This document shows positions 17,551-25,631 of a stretch of 35,639 nt of DNA, in pieces. The notes beneath the pieces were generated by a model, which was not told where the DNA came from, did not search any database, and saw nothing but the letters and a program-made list of their open reading frames with translations. Origin of the DNA: an uncultured Lachnospiraceae bacterium. Its GTDB lineage: Bacteria > Bacillota > Clostridia > UBA1381. A program made the translations under genes and the position numbers. The stretch lies in contig CAYVUD010000001.1 of assembly GCA_964454725.1 (NCBI GenBank), forward strand, positions 1-35,639. Reading direction: 5' to 3'. How positions within the stretch are numbered: the stretch's first letter is position 1; each line of letters opens with the position of its first letter.

Positions 17551-18492
17551 ATGAAGGCTCAACAATCTATTGAAACTCCTTCCGCCGTCGTGCCGGCTAA
17601 GAAGGGATTGGCGTTTTATTTGAAACGCGACTGGCAGCTTTATCTGCTGTTGCTTATTCCTATGCTGTTCATCATAGTGTTCAAATTTTTGCCGATGCTG
17701 GGACTCTCTATAGCGTTTCTCGACTATAAGCCGATAAAGGGTCTTACCGGCTCGGAATTTGTAGGCTTTGACGTATTTAAAGAAATTTTTACGTCGAAGG
17801 ATTTCTATAAGGCGCTGAAAAATACCCTTGTGCTTAATGTATTGGATTTGATTTTGGGTTTTCCTGCGCCGATAATCCTTGCAATTTTCTTAAACGAAAT
17901 ACGCTGCAAGTATTTTAAGAAGATAACACAGACAGTATTGTATCTTCCGCATTTCCTTTCGGCGGTAATCGTAGCGGGACTTGCGTATCAGCTCTTTGCG
18001 TCGCATTCCGGCTCGATAAACATACTGCTCGGCAAAAACATTCCGTTTCTTGAGGAAAAATATCGATGGATAGCTACATACGTACTCTCGGGAGTATGGC
18101 AAGGAATGGGCTGGGGAACCATTATTTACCTCGCCGCCATTACGGGTATTGACGCGGAGCTGTACGAGGCGGCAACCGTTGACGGCGCGGGACGCTGGAG
18201 AAAGATATGGAGTATCACTCTTCCAAGCATAAAAGGCACGATAGTCGTAATGCTTATTATGGCATTGGGCAGAATTATGGGCTCTTCATTTGAAAGACCG
18301 TATACGCTGTCCAACCCGATGGTTACTCAGGTTTCGGACGTTATCGCGACATATGTGTACCGCGAGGGTCTTTCAAACCGTCACTACAATGTCGCTACAG
18401 CCGTAGGATTATTCCAGTCCCTTGTCGGACTTATTCTCGTTCTCGCGTCGGATAAGTTCGCGAAGGCTATGGGCGAAGACGGTATAGTGTAA
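17551..18492 (+). CDS. Carbohydrate ABC transporter permease (LplB/YtcP type)
   Basis: The 313-aa protein has six predicted TM segments. Its N-terminus (YLKRDWQLYLLLLIPMLFIIVFKFLPM) is typical of LplB-like polysaccharide-uptake permeases, and it has an EAA-loop region (AELYEAATVDGAGRW). Confidence 0.88.
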   Translation: MKAQQSIETPSAVVPAKKGLAFYLKRDWQLYLLLLIPMLFIIVFKFLPMLGLSIAFLDYKPIKGLTGSEFVGFDVFKEIFTSKDFYKALKNTLVLNVLDLILGFPAPIILAIFLNEIRCKYFKKITQTVLYLPHFLSAVIVAGLAYQLFASHSGSINILLGKNIPFLEEKYRWIATYVLSGVWQGMGWGTIIYLAAITGIDAELYEAATVDGAGRWRKIWSITLPSIKGTIVVMLIMALGRIMGSSFERPYTLSNPMVTQVSDVIATYVYREGLSNRHYNVATAVGLFQSLVGLILVLASDKFAKAMGEDGIV

Positions 18493-18506
18493 GGGGGTGC
18501 GTGTAA

Positions 18507-19385
18507 ATGAAAATCAAAAGAAGTGTGGGCGATATTATAGCCGACGTGCTTATATACGCGTTTATCGCGGCGCTGTCGATTATATGCCTTATTCCGTTTA
18601 TCCATGTTGCCGCTATGTCGATAAGCTCTGACGCGGCAGTGTACGCGAACAAGGTATGGCTTATACCTAAGGATATAACGCTAAACGCTTATAAAACAGT
18701 TCTGGGCGATTCCTCGATGATGCATTCTCTGGGCTACACGGCGATTATAACCGTATTGTTTACGGCGCTTGGTATGTTTCTGACAATATGCTCGGCATAC
18801 GCGCTTTCGCGCAGCAGATTAAAGGGAAGAAAAGCCTTCAATATTATGTTTCTCATAACAATGTATTTCTCGGCGGGTATTATCCCCGACTATATGCTTA
18901 TGAGTTATTTGAATTTGCTTGATACAACGGCTGTTCTGGTATTGCCGCTTGCAATATCGGCTTACAATATGATTATATTGAGAACCGCGATGTACGGTAT
19001 TCCCGAAAGCCTTGAGGAGGCGGCGCAGATTGACGGCTGCGGCGATATAAGAATACTGGTTCAGATTATGCTTCCGCTGTGCGTTCCGACGCTCGCGACG
19101 CTTGCTCTGTTCTACGCGGTAGGACGCTGGAATTCATTCCAGGACGCGCTCTATTACATTAACAGACCCGAGCTTCAGCCGCTTCAGCTAAAGCTCTACA
19201 ACCTCGTCAACGCGTCAGGCTCGAACGCCTCGCTTTCTCAGGAGGCGGGCGGCGGAGAAACTCAGGCCGCGGAGGTCGTAAAATCGGCGACCATTATGTT
19301 TGCGACAATTCCTATTATAATTGTATATCCGTTTGTACAGAAATACTTTGTATCGGGTGTAATGATAGGAGCTGTCAAGGGTTAA
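18507..19385 (+). CDS. Carbohydrate ABC transporter permease (LplC/YteP type)
   Basis: The 292-aa membrane protein has the EAA loop ESLEEAAQIDGCGD and is translationally coupled to the preceding permease. Confidence 0.88.
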   Translation: MKIKRSVGDIIADVLIYAFIAALSIICLIPFIHVAAMSISSDAAVYANKVWLIPKDITLNAYKTVLGDSSMMHSLGYTAIITVLFTALGMFLTICSAYALSRSRLKGRKAFNIMFLITMYFSAGIIPDYMLMSYLNLLDTTAVLVLPLAISAYNMIILRTAMYGIPESLEEAAQIDGCGDIRILVQIMLPLCVPTLATLALFYAVGRWNSFQDALYYINRPELQPLQLKLYNLVNASGSNASLSQEAGGGETQAAEVVKSATIMFATIPIIIVYPFVQKYFVSGVMIGAVKG

Positions 19386-19540
19386 GCTTGTTAAAATTGC
19401 CCATATTACTACTTTTTGCCGAAGGCGGTACAGACGTACGGCTCTCAGGCCGCAAAGTAGCAATCTGAACAATTTTCTCCGCGCTTATATCCTTTTAAAT
19501 ACGTTACCAATAAAATTAAAATAAAGAAGGAGAGGAAATT

Positions 19541-21172
19541 ATGAAAACGAAAAAAATTATTGCATCATTGTTGGCGTCAGCTATGGCGGTATCAATGCTT
19601 GCGGCGTGCGGAGGCGGTTCCGGCGCGAAGGTTGACACGGACGAAATTATGTCAAGAGAGAATATTGAGGATTACAAGTATCCGGAGCAGATCGAACTGA
19701 AAATCCCCGTATACGACAGAGGAACTCCTGGGCAGGCGAGCGTAATCGATAACTATTGGACAAAATACGTTCAGTCGGAGTTCGGCGACAAGCATAACAT
19801 AAAGGTTACATATATCTCTATTCCGCGTAAGGAAGAGATTACGAAATTTAATCAGCTTCTTGCCGGTAAGGTTGAGAGTCAGCCCGACATTATATTTAAC
19901 TATGACTATCCGTCAATCGTATCCTTCGCCGACCAGGGCGCTTTCCAGACATTGGACGAGGATATGATTAAAAAGTATGCCCCCGACTATTATGAGGCGA
20001 CAAAGGAGGCAGATGAATATACGTATCTCAACGGCGAGAAAATGTTCCTCGCGGGAACGCGTCCCGACTCTTATCAGTGGGTAACGCTTCTGAGAAAAGA
20101 CTGGCTCGAAAAGATAGGTAAGCCGACAGACGGCTCTTACCCCTCGAACTCGAACGAATATCTTGAAATGCTCAAGCTTTTCCGCGACAATAAGTGCGGC
20201 GGCGACGATACAATAGCCTTAACAAAAGGTCTCTCAAACGCCTACTACGGAAACTACGCGTACCGCGAATTTCCGCTTCCCGAAAAGGACAACGCTCTTT
20301 ATTCGGATATAACGGTATGCGCGCTTACGTGGGAGCCGACAAAGAAGCAGCTCGAGTACGATAATATGCTCTACAACGAAGGTCTTGTAAGCCCTGAGTG
20401 GTATCTGGATAAGGACGGCAGCAAGATGAAGGAGCAGTTTATTTCGGGCAAGGCAGGCATATTCGGCACATATCTTTCAAAGAGCGACGATGTTATCGGC
20501 AACCTTAAGAAGAATGTTCCCGACGCGGAAGTTATGCTTTTGCCCTCGTGTCCGCAGGTTGACGAGAACGGCAACACATACGACACAGGCTCAAGAAAAG
20601 ACAATCCGTTCGGTATGATGTCCGGTATCAACATTAACTGCAAGTACCCTGAGGCGGTTCTGATGTACTTTGAGTGGATGCAGGATAATCTGTTCACAAT
20701 GCAGAACGGCATTGAAGGCGTTACATACACAATGGACGGAGAAATTCCTGTTCCCATTGATGATTACGCGGGCGAGGAAAGACTTAACTACAGCTCCAAC
20801 AAGGATATGTGGTGTATCGTAATAGAGAGCAAGGATTTGGGCAGCGACGAGCTTAATATGAAGGCGCAGGCGAAGATGTACGCTCCCGACGGCTATGAGT
20901 TCCTTATCGAGGACAGCTACAAGAACGCGAAAAAGTACGAGCATCTTGCTTACCACGATTTCATTTTTGATAAACCTATCGTGAGCCTTACGGAATCCGC
21001 GGAATCGCTTCTTTCAAAATGGCAGGAAATTCAGGTTGACTTAATCAACTGTAATCCCGACGAGTTTGACGCTAAGTATGAGACCGCGTGTCAGGAATAC
21101 CTTGCGGCAGGCTATCAGGAAGTGCTTGACGAAAAAGAGGCTGCATACGAGGAAATGCAGGCGGAAAAATAA
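19541..21172 (+). CDS. Extracellular solute-binding lipoprotein (LplA-like, large family-1 SBP)
   Basis: It has a lipoprotein signal peptide with the lipobox LAAC-GGGSG. The 543-aa length and the gene order after LplB/LplC-type permeases fit, and the RBS is AGGAGAGG. Confidence 0.85.
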   Translation: MKTKKIIASLLASAMAVSMLAACGGGSGAKVDTDEIMSRENIEDYKYPEQIELKIPVYDRGTPGQASVIDNYWTKYVQSEFGDKHNIKVTYISIPRKEEITKFNQLLAGKVESQPDIIFNYDYPSIVSFADQGAFQTLDEDMIKKYAPDYYEATKEADEYTYLNGEKMFLAGTRPDSYQWVTLLRKDWLEKIGKPTDGSYPSNSNEYLEMLKLFRDNKCGGDDTIALTKGLSNAYYGNYAYREFPLPEKDNALYSDITVCALTWEPTKKQLEYDNMLYNEGLVSPEWYLDKDGSKMKEQFISGKAGIFGTYLSKSDDVIGNLKKNVPDAEVMLLPSCPQVDENGNTYDTGSRKDNPFGMMSGININCKYPEAVLMYFEWMQDNLFTMQNGIEGVTYTMDGEIPVPIDDYAGEERLNYSSNKDMWCIVIESKDLGSDELNMKAQAKMYAPDGYEFLIEDSYKNAKKYEHLAYHDFIFDKPIVSLTESAESLLSKWQEIQVDLINCNPDEFDAKYETACQEYLAAGYQEVLDEKEAAYEEMQAEK

Positions 21173-21190
21173 TTTCCGAATAAACAATAT

Positions 21191-21224
21191 AAAAAACGGT
21201 ATATCTTGGATATACCGTTTTTTT
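21191..21224. terminator. Bidirectional rho-independent terminator
   Basis: A perfect 10-bp stem ACGGTATATC / GATATACCGT closes a 3-nt loop. A6 precedes it and T6 follows it. Confidence 0.85.
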
Positions 21225-21352
21225 ATGCTGTTTGGAATTAATGTTCCGCTGTGCCGGTGATTACGGCAATATCATTATATATTGCGTATATGGCGGAGCC
21301 GTCCCGATTCCAAGCGGCATAGTATTGTTCCTGCACTTTAAGCATTAAATCG

Positions 21353-22072
21353 TCAATCCCGCTCGCGCCCGTCCCTAAGATTGGCTCTCTTTCTGTACTC
21401 GACCGGCAATACGTGCATAATATCCTTAAACGCTTTTGTAAATTTACTTTGGCTGCTGTATCCGACGGCAGCGGCAATATCGGCAATACTGCTTTTATTT
21501 TCGATAAGCAGCTTCGCCGCGTATTTCATTCTGTATTCCTTCATATACGCCGCTATCGGAAGTCCGTAAACGGACTTAAAAAGCGATTTTAACGAGGACG
21601 TGTTAATAAGATACAGCTTTGACAATTCCTCTATAGTAAACCGCTTATCCAAATTATTTATAAGGCGGTTATGAATTTCTTTAATCAGCATCACTTGCTC
21701 AGACCTTTGCCTGTTATGGGGGCAGGAAATTTCAACGAGGCTTTCAATCATTGAATGTAAAAGCTTAGTCCGGTTTGTATCGGCTGCCTTGTAATATACC
21801 TCCTTTCCGTCTCTGCGGCTTATGATTAAATTACTTGCTCTAAGCTGTTTTAAATGGTGAGAAACGGCAGGACTGCTCATTTGCGTCAATGCGGAAATGT
21901 TTATAACACATTCCTCGCAGTGGCATAAAAGCCAAAAAATGCGAAGCCGGTTACTGTCGCCCAACTGCTTAAATATATCAGATACGATCTGAAAGCTTTC
22001 CGCTTGCGCCGTGTATTCGTATATAACATCGATATTTTCATTATGATTATGAGGCAACTCTATTTTCGACAT
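21353..22072 (-). CDS. Fusion transcription factor: N-terminal ArsR/SmtB metal-sensor domain plus C-terminal AraC/XylS dual-HTH domain
   Basis: Residues about 25-110 read DIFKQLGDSNRLRIFWLLCHCEECVINISALTQMSSPAVSHHLKQLRASNLIISRRDGKEVYY, an ArsR winged helix with a Cys cluster at the alpha-3 site. Residues about 135-235 read FTIEELSKLYLINTSSLKSLFKSVYGLPIAAYMKEYRMKYAAKLLIENKSSIADIAAAVGYSSQSKFTKAFKDIMHVLPVEYRK, an AraC signature. It is divergent from the HMA and P1B ATPase genes. Confidence 0.8.
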   Translation of the reverse strand: MSKIELPHNHNENIDVIYEYTAQAESFQIVSDIFKQLGDSNRLRIFWLLCHCEECVINISALTQMSSPAVSHHLKQLRASNLIISRRDGKEVYYKAADTNRTKLLHSMIESLVEISCPHNRQRSEQVMLIKEIHNRLINNLDKRFTIEELSKLYLINTSSLKSLFKSVYGLPIAAYMKEYRMKYAAKLLIENKSSIADIAAAVGYSSQSKFTKAFKDIMHVLPVEYRKRANLRDGRERD

Positions 22073-22165
22073 AATTAAACCGCCTTTCTTTTTATTATTT
22101 TAACATAAATTTACCGAAAATAAAAGGGTAATCTTATACCGAATAAAGCTTTTTATCAATTTTGC

Positions 22166-22197
22166 CCCAAACGGAAACATATTTATCCCAAACGGAA
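22166..22197. repeat. Two 11-nt direct repeats (CCCAAACGGAA) phased 21 bp apart, a candidate AraC-domain binding site
   Basis: Exact copies sit at 22166-22176 and 22187-22197 in the divergent intergenic region. On the minus strand they end 6 nt before a TTGATA -35-like hexamer (22159-22154). Confidence 0.45.
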
Positions 22198-22215
22198 GAA
22201 GTAAATTATTTTCTG

Positions 22216-22244
22216 TTGACATTTTAGCTTAAAGCGAATATAAT
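22216..22244 (+). promoter_or_regulatory. Consensus sigma-A promoter of the HMA / P1B-ATPase operon
   Basis: TTGACA (22216-22221), a 17-nt spacer, then TATAAT (22239-22244). Both hexamers match the consensus perfectly. Confidence 0.8.
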
Positions 22245-22250
22245 ATAAAC

Positions 22251-22276
22251 AACGATTAAACATTTGTTCAATCGTT
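22251..22276. promoter_or_regulatory. Imperfect 26-nt dyad at the predicted transcription start, a candidate ArsR/SmtB-type operator
   Basis: In AACGATTAAACATTTGTTCAATCGTT, 11 of 13 positions pair. The inner AAACA-TTT-GTTCA resembles the AT-rich 12-2-12 TGAACA-type boxes bound by SmtB/CzrA-class repressors. It starts 7 nt after the -10 hexamer. Confidence 0.55.
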
Positions 22277-22307
22277 CAGATATTATAGCGGAAAGGAAAG
22301 AAATAAA

Positions 22308-22526
22308 ATGAAGAAAACATATAAAATCGAGGTTGACTGTGCAAACTGCGCGAATCTTATGGAGGACGCCGCGCGCAAATCGGACGGCGTAAAAGACGCG
22401 ACCGTAAATTTTATGACTCAGAAAATGATTGTTGAGTTTGAGGAGGATAAAGAAAGCGGCGCGGTTATGCGCGATGTTTTGAAGGCCTGCAAAAAGGTTG
22501 AGCCGGATTGCGAAATATTTATATAA
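22308..22526 (+). CDS. Stand-alone heavy-metal-associated (HMA) domain protein / metallochaperone
   Basis: The 72-aa protein has the ferredoxin-like HMA pattern, with the metal motif DCANCA at residues 11-16 and a second Cys pair near the C-terminus (ACKKVEPDC). The RBS is GGAAAGGAAAG. Confidence 0.8.
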   Translation: MKKTYKIEVDCANCANLMEDAARKSDGVKDATVNFMTQKMIVEFEEDKESGAVMRDVLKACKKVEPDCEIFI

Positions 22527-22611
22527 TTCAGACCGATTTGCTGAAAAAAACCGTTCCGAATTTGCTCCGTGAGGTTTTTAAGGCTACAAAATACGGAAGG
22601 GAGCTTGAAAA

Positions 22612-24630
22612 ATGCAGGAAACAGTAATAAGCGCACTGCTTGCGCTTGTAATAATAATGGCGGCGGCGCTAATCATTTTCGCGGGAAGGAAAAGCGGCGG
22701 GGGAATGACCAAGAAACAGCGGTCTATGCTAATCCGTATTCTTATTGCCGCTTCGGTTATGCTTGCGCTGCAGTTTATATCGGCAAAAACCTTTGACGCG
22801 CTTAACGCGTACTTATTTCCGTCTGCCGGACGATGGCTGCGTCTTGCCTTATACCTGACCGATTATTTGATTATCGGTTATGACATATTAAAAAAAGCGT
22901 TCAAGGGGATTAGAAACAAACGGATTTTTGATGAAAGCTTTTTAATGGCGGTCGCAACGATAGGCGCTATGGCATTGGCAATATACGAAAACGGCGACTA
23001 CGTGGAAGCGATAGCGGTTATGCTTTTTTATCAAATAGGCGAGTGGTTTCAGAGCTACGCGGTGGGGAAGAGCCGCCGCAATATCAGCGAGTTAATGGAT
23101 ATTCGCCCCGATTATGCCAATATCGAGCGAGACGGCAGACTCGAACGGATAGATCCCGACGAGGTTGCTGTCGGAAGTATTATCGTTGTAAAACCCGGCG
23201 AAAAAGTGCCTATCGACGGTATAATTAAAGAGGGCGAGTCAGCTCTTAACACAAGCGCGCTGACGGGTGAAAGCATACCGCGCGAAGCAAAGACCGGAGA
23301 TGAGATTATAAGCGGCTGTATTAATATGACGGGCGTATTAAAAATACAGACGACCAAAGAATTCGGAGAGTCTACGGTTTCTAAAATTCTGGACTTGGTG
23401 GAAAACGCAAGCTCAAGAAAGTCAACGTCGGAGGATTTTATATCAAAGTTCGCAAAGGTTTATACTCCTGCCGTATGCTGCGGCGCATTGGCGCTTGCGC
23501 TTTTGCCGCCGTTAATTCGCGTGCTGTTTATGGGACTTGCGGCCGATTGGGGTATGTGGCTTTACCGCGCGCTGACATTTTTGGTAATAAGCTGCCCCTG
23601 CGCTTTGGTAATCAGTATTCCGCTGAGCTTTTTCGCGGGTATCGGCGGCGCGAGCAAGGAAGGTATACTTGTAAAAGGCTCAAACTATCTGGAAATACTC
23701 TCTCAGACAAAATATGTCGTATTTGATAAAACGGGTACGCTTACGCAGGGAGTTTTTGAGGTGAACGGTATTCATCATAATGAAATCGAAAACCGGCGGC
23801 TTCTTGAATATGCAGCGTTGGCGGAGAGCGCGTCATCGCATCCGATAAGTAAAAGCTTGCGGCGCGCGTACGGCAAGGAGCTTGACCGTAACCGCGTAAG
23901 CGATATTCGGGAAATCAGCGGTAACGGCGTTACCGCAAAAGTGGACGGAATAAGCGTGGCGGCGGGAAACGATAAGCTTATGCGCCATCTCGGAATTGAG
24001 TATATAGACTGTCATCAGGCAGGAACAATAATTCATATGGCAATAGACAATAAATATGCGGGGCATATTGTCATTTCCGACGTCGTAAAGCCTAATTCAA
24101 GAGCCGCAATATCCGCGTTGAGGGCGGCAGGCGTTGAAAAAGCCGTAATGCTTACGGGCGACGCGAAAAACGTATCGGAGCAAGTAGCGGCGGCGCTCGG
24201 TATTAATGAGGTTTACAGCGGACTGCTTCCGGCGGACAAAGTGTCCAAGGTTGAGGAATTGCTGAATACAAAGACGGGAAAGGCTAAGCTTGCATTTGTG
24301 GGCGACGGCGTAAACGACGCGCCCGTTCTCTCGAGAGCGGATATTGGCGTGGCAATGGGAGCGATGGGCTCGGACGCCGCGATTGAAGCGGCAGACGTGG
24401 TTCTTATGGACGACGACCCGATGAAAATTTCAAAGGCGATAAAAATATCAAGAAAATGTCTGAGGATCGTTTATCAGAATATTGTAATGACATTGGGGGT
24501 TAAGTTTATTTGTCTGCTGCTCGGAGCGCTGGGTATCGCGAATATGTATCTTGCGATATTTGCAGATGTAGGTATTATGATTATCGCGGTGCTTAACGCT
24601 ATAAGAGCGTTGTTTACACAAAAGCTTTAA
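22612..24630 (+). CDS. Heavy-metal translocating P1B-type ATPase (Cd/Zn/Co-type CPC transporter) with no fused HMA domain
   Basis: It has the TM6 motif SCPCALVIS, the phosphorylation site DKTGTLT, HP (SSHPIS), the hinge GDGVNDAP and TGES in the actuator domain. The GGGAG RBS lies 9 nt before the ATG at 22612. An internal Met32 (MTKKQR, 22705) resembles the N-terminus of many homologues, so the start is somewhat uncertain. Confidence 0.92.
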   Translation: MQETVISALLALVIIMAAALIIFAGRKSGGGMTKKQRSMLIRILIAASVMLALQFISAKTFDALNAYLFPSAGRWLRLALYLTDYLIIGYDILKKAFKGIRNKRIFDESFLMAVATIGAMALAIYENGDYVEAIAVMLFYQIGEWFQSYAVGKSRRNISELMDIRPDYANIERDGRLERIDPDEVAVGSIIVVKPGEKVPIDGIIKEGESALNTSALTGESIPREAKTGDEIISGCINMTGVLKIQTTKEFGESTVSKILDLVENASSRKSTSEDFISKFAKVYTPAVCCGALALALLPPLIRVLFMGLAADWGMWLYRALTFLVISCPCALVISIPLSFFAGIGGASKEGILVKGSNYLEILSQTKYVVFDKTGTLTQGVFEVNGIHHNEIENRRLLEYAALAESASSHPISKSLRRAYGKELDRNRVSDIREISGNGVTAKVDGISVAAGNDKLMRHLGIEYIDCHQAGTIIHMAIDNKYAGHIVISDVVKPNSRAAISALRAAGVEKAVMLTGDAKNVSEQVAAALGINEVYSGLLPADKVSKVEELLNTKTGKAKLAFVGDGVNDAPVLSRADIGVAMGAMGSDAAIEAADVVLMDDDPMKISKAIKISRKCLRIVYQNIVMTLGVKFICLLLGALGIANMYLAIFADVGIMIIAVLNAIRALFTQKL

Positions 24631-24658
24631 CATCGCTCCAAGTTTCCAACATAAATAT

Positions 24659-24690
24659 AAAGGCGCGGAGTAAAGCCGCGCCTTTTCTAT
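24659..24690 (+). terminator. rho-independent terminator after the ATPase gene
   Basis: The stem AAAGGCGCGG / CCGCGCCTTT closes a 7-nt loop and is followed by TTTTCTAT. Confidence 0.85.
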
Positions 24691-24863
24691 ATATAAAAAA
24701 ACGATAGCGGGGTAGTTTTTATGAACACAAATCCAAGTCAGATAAATCGCTCTTTATTATACTTAGGCGTGTATTTTTTGCTCTCCGAGCCACAGTACAT
24801 TAAATAAGTACACGTGTACGCGGCACCTCTTATTATTATTTCGCATATAAATAAAACAAGGAG

Positions 24864-25565
24864 GTGTCTGTTTTGTTATTTGGAAGCATATTTTTTGAGT
24901 GGATACAAACCGTTCTGACGCTCGCCGGATACGTGAGCGGAAGCGTGTCGTTTCCAAAGCCGCTTACTCCGGAGGAAGAAAAAAAATACATAAAAGCTTG
25001 CGCCGGCGGCGACCAAAACGCTAAAAACATACTTATTGAACACAATTTACGCCTTGTGGCGCATATAGCAAAAAAATACTCCGAAGAAAACAATCTTGAG
25101 GATCTTATATCAATCGGCACAATAGGTCTTATAAAAGGTATCAATACATTTAATCCAGAGAAAAACTCGCGGCTTTCGTCTTACATTGCCCGCTGCATTG
25201 AAAATGAAATTCTGATGACTCTGCGGCGCAGCAGTAAAAAAATACAGACCGAAATATCAATAGACGAGTGCATCGGCACCGACCGCGAGGGCAACAATAT
25301 GACATTTTCCGATATACTCACCTCGGACAGTCCGGATATTTCGGAAATAATTTTCGAGAAGCTCCAATCCAAAAAGCTCTACGCGGCAATGAAAAAGGTT
25401 TTGACTCCGACCGAGCAAAACATAGTATGCTGGCGCTACGGACTGCACGGTACAAAAAGAAAAACTCAAAAGGAAATAGCCGATATTTTAGGCATAAGCC
25501 GAAGCTACGTAAGCCGTATTGAAAAACGCTGCCTTGAAAAGCTCGCGTGCGAGCTGTACGAATGA
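24864..25565 (+). CDS. sigK: Sporulation sigma factor K (pro-sigma-K), uninterrupted
   Basis: It aligns by eye with B. subtilis pro-sigma-K: a hydrophobic pro-sequence, then SFPKPLTPEEEKKY..GDQNAKNILIEHNLRLVAHIAKKY, DLISIGTIGLIKGI, ARCIENEILM and GISRSYVSRIEKR. The GTG at 24864 overlaps the AAGGAGG RBS. The TTG at 24873, 8 nt after GGAGG, is the more likely start. Confidence 0.9.
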   Translation: MSVLLFGSIFFEWIQTVLTLAGYVSGSVSFPKPLTPEEEKKYIKACAGGDQNAKNILIEHNLRLVAHIAKKYSEENNLEDLISIGTIGLIKGINTFNPEKNSRLSSYIARCIENEILMTLRRSSKKIQTEISIDECIGTDREGNNMTFSDILTSDSPDISEIIFEKLQSKKLYAAMKKVLTPTEQNIVCWRYGLHGTKRKTQKEIADILGISRSYVSRIEKRCLEKLACELYE

Positions 25566-25631
25566 AAAAATCGGAACGGGACGTCGGGGACTCTCCCCTA
25601 CGCCCCGCTAATTCGTGACGGCGGAACGCGC

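Noticed and set aside
19405-19465. An intergenic stem-loop between the second permease and the binding-protein gene might be an mRNA stabiliser or attenuator.
   Set aside because: Only CTACTTT/AAAGTAG plus 2 bp pair cleanly. The interior has mismatches and only a 4-bp GTAC self-pair, and no U-tract follows. This is too weak to call.
22527-22611. The HMA ORF and the ATPase might be a frameshifted remnant of a single fused gene. ORF 22569-22796 bridges the gap.
   Set aside because: The two genes are in different frames. The ATPase frame has a TGA at 22606-22608, and its ATG has its own GGGAG RBS. The bridging ORF translates to implausible low-complexity sequence. I treat them as two intact genes.
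24808-24819. A perfect 12-nt palindrome GTACACGTGTAC upstream of sigK might be a regulatory site.
   Set aside because: Roughly nine perfect 12-nt zero-spacer palindromes are expected by chance in 35.6 kb, and it matches no motif I can name. It is not significant on its own.
24825-24853. An AC-17 nt-CATATAAATA sequence might be a sigma-K/sigma-E type promoter for sigK.
   Set aside because: The -10 has a 4-nt rather than 3-nt gap relative to CATA---TA. The implied transcription start would fall on or inside the AAGGAGG ribosome-binding site (24858-24864), leaving no usable leader.
24864-25565. The sigK gene might be interrupted by a skin-like intervening element.
   Set aside because: The ORF is continuous from the pro-sequence through region 4.2, so no insertion is present in this window.
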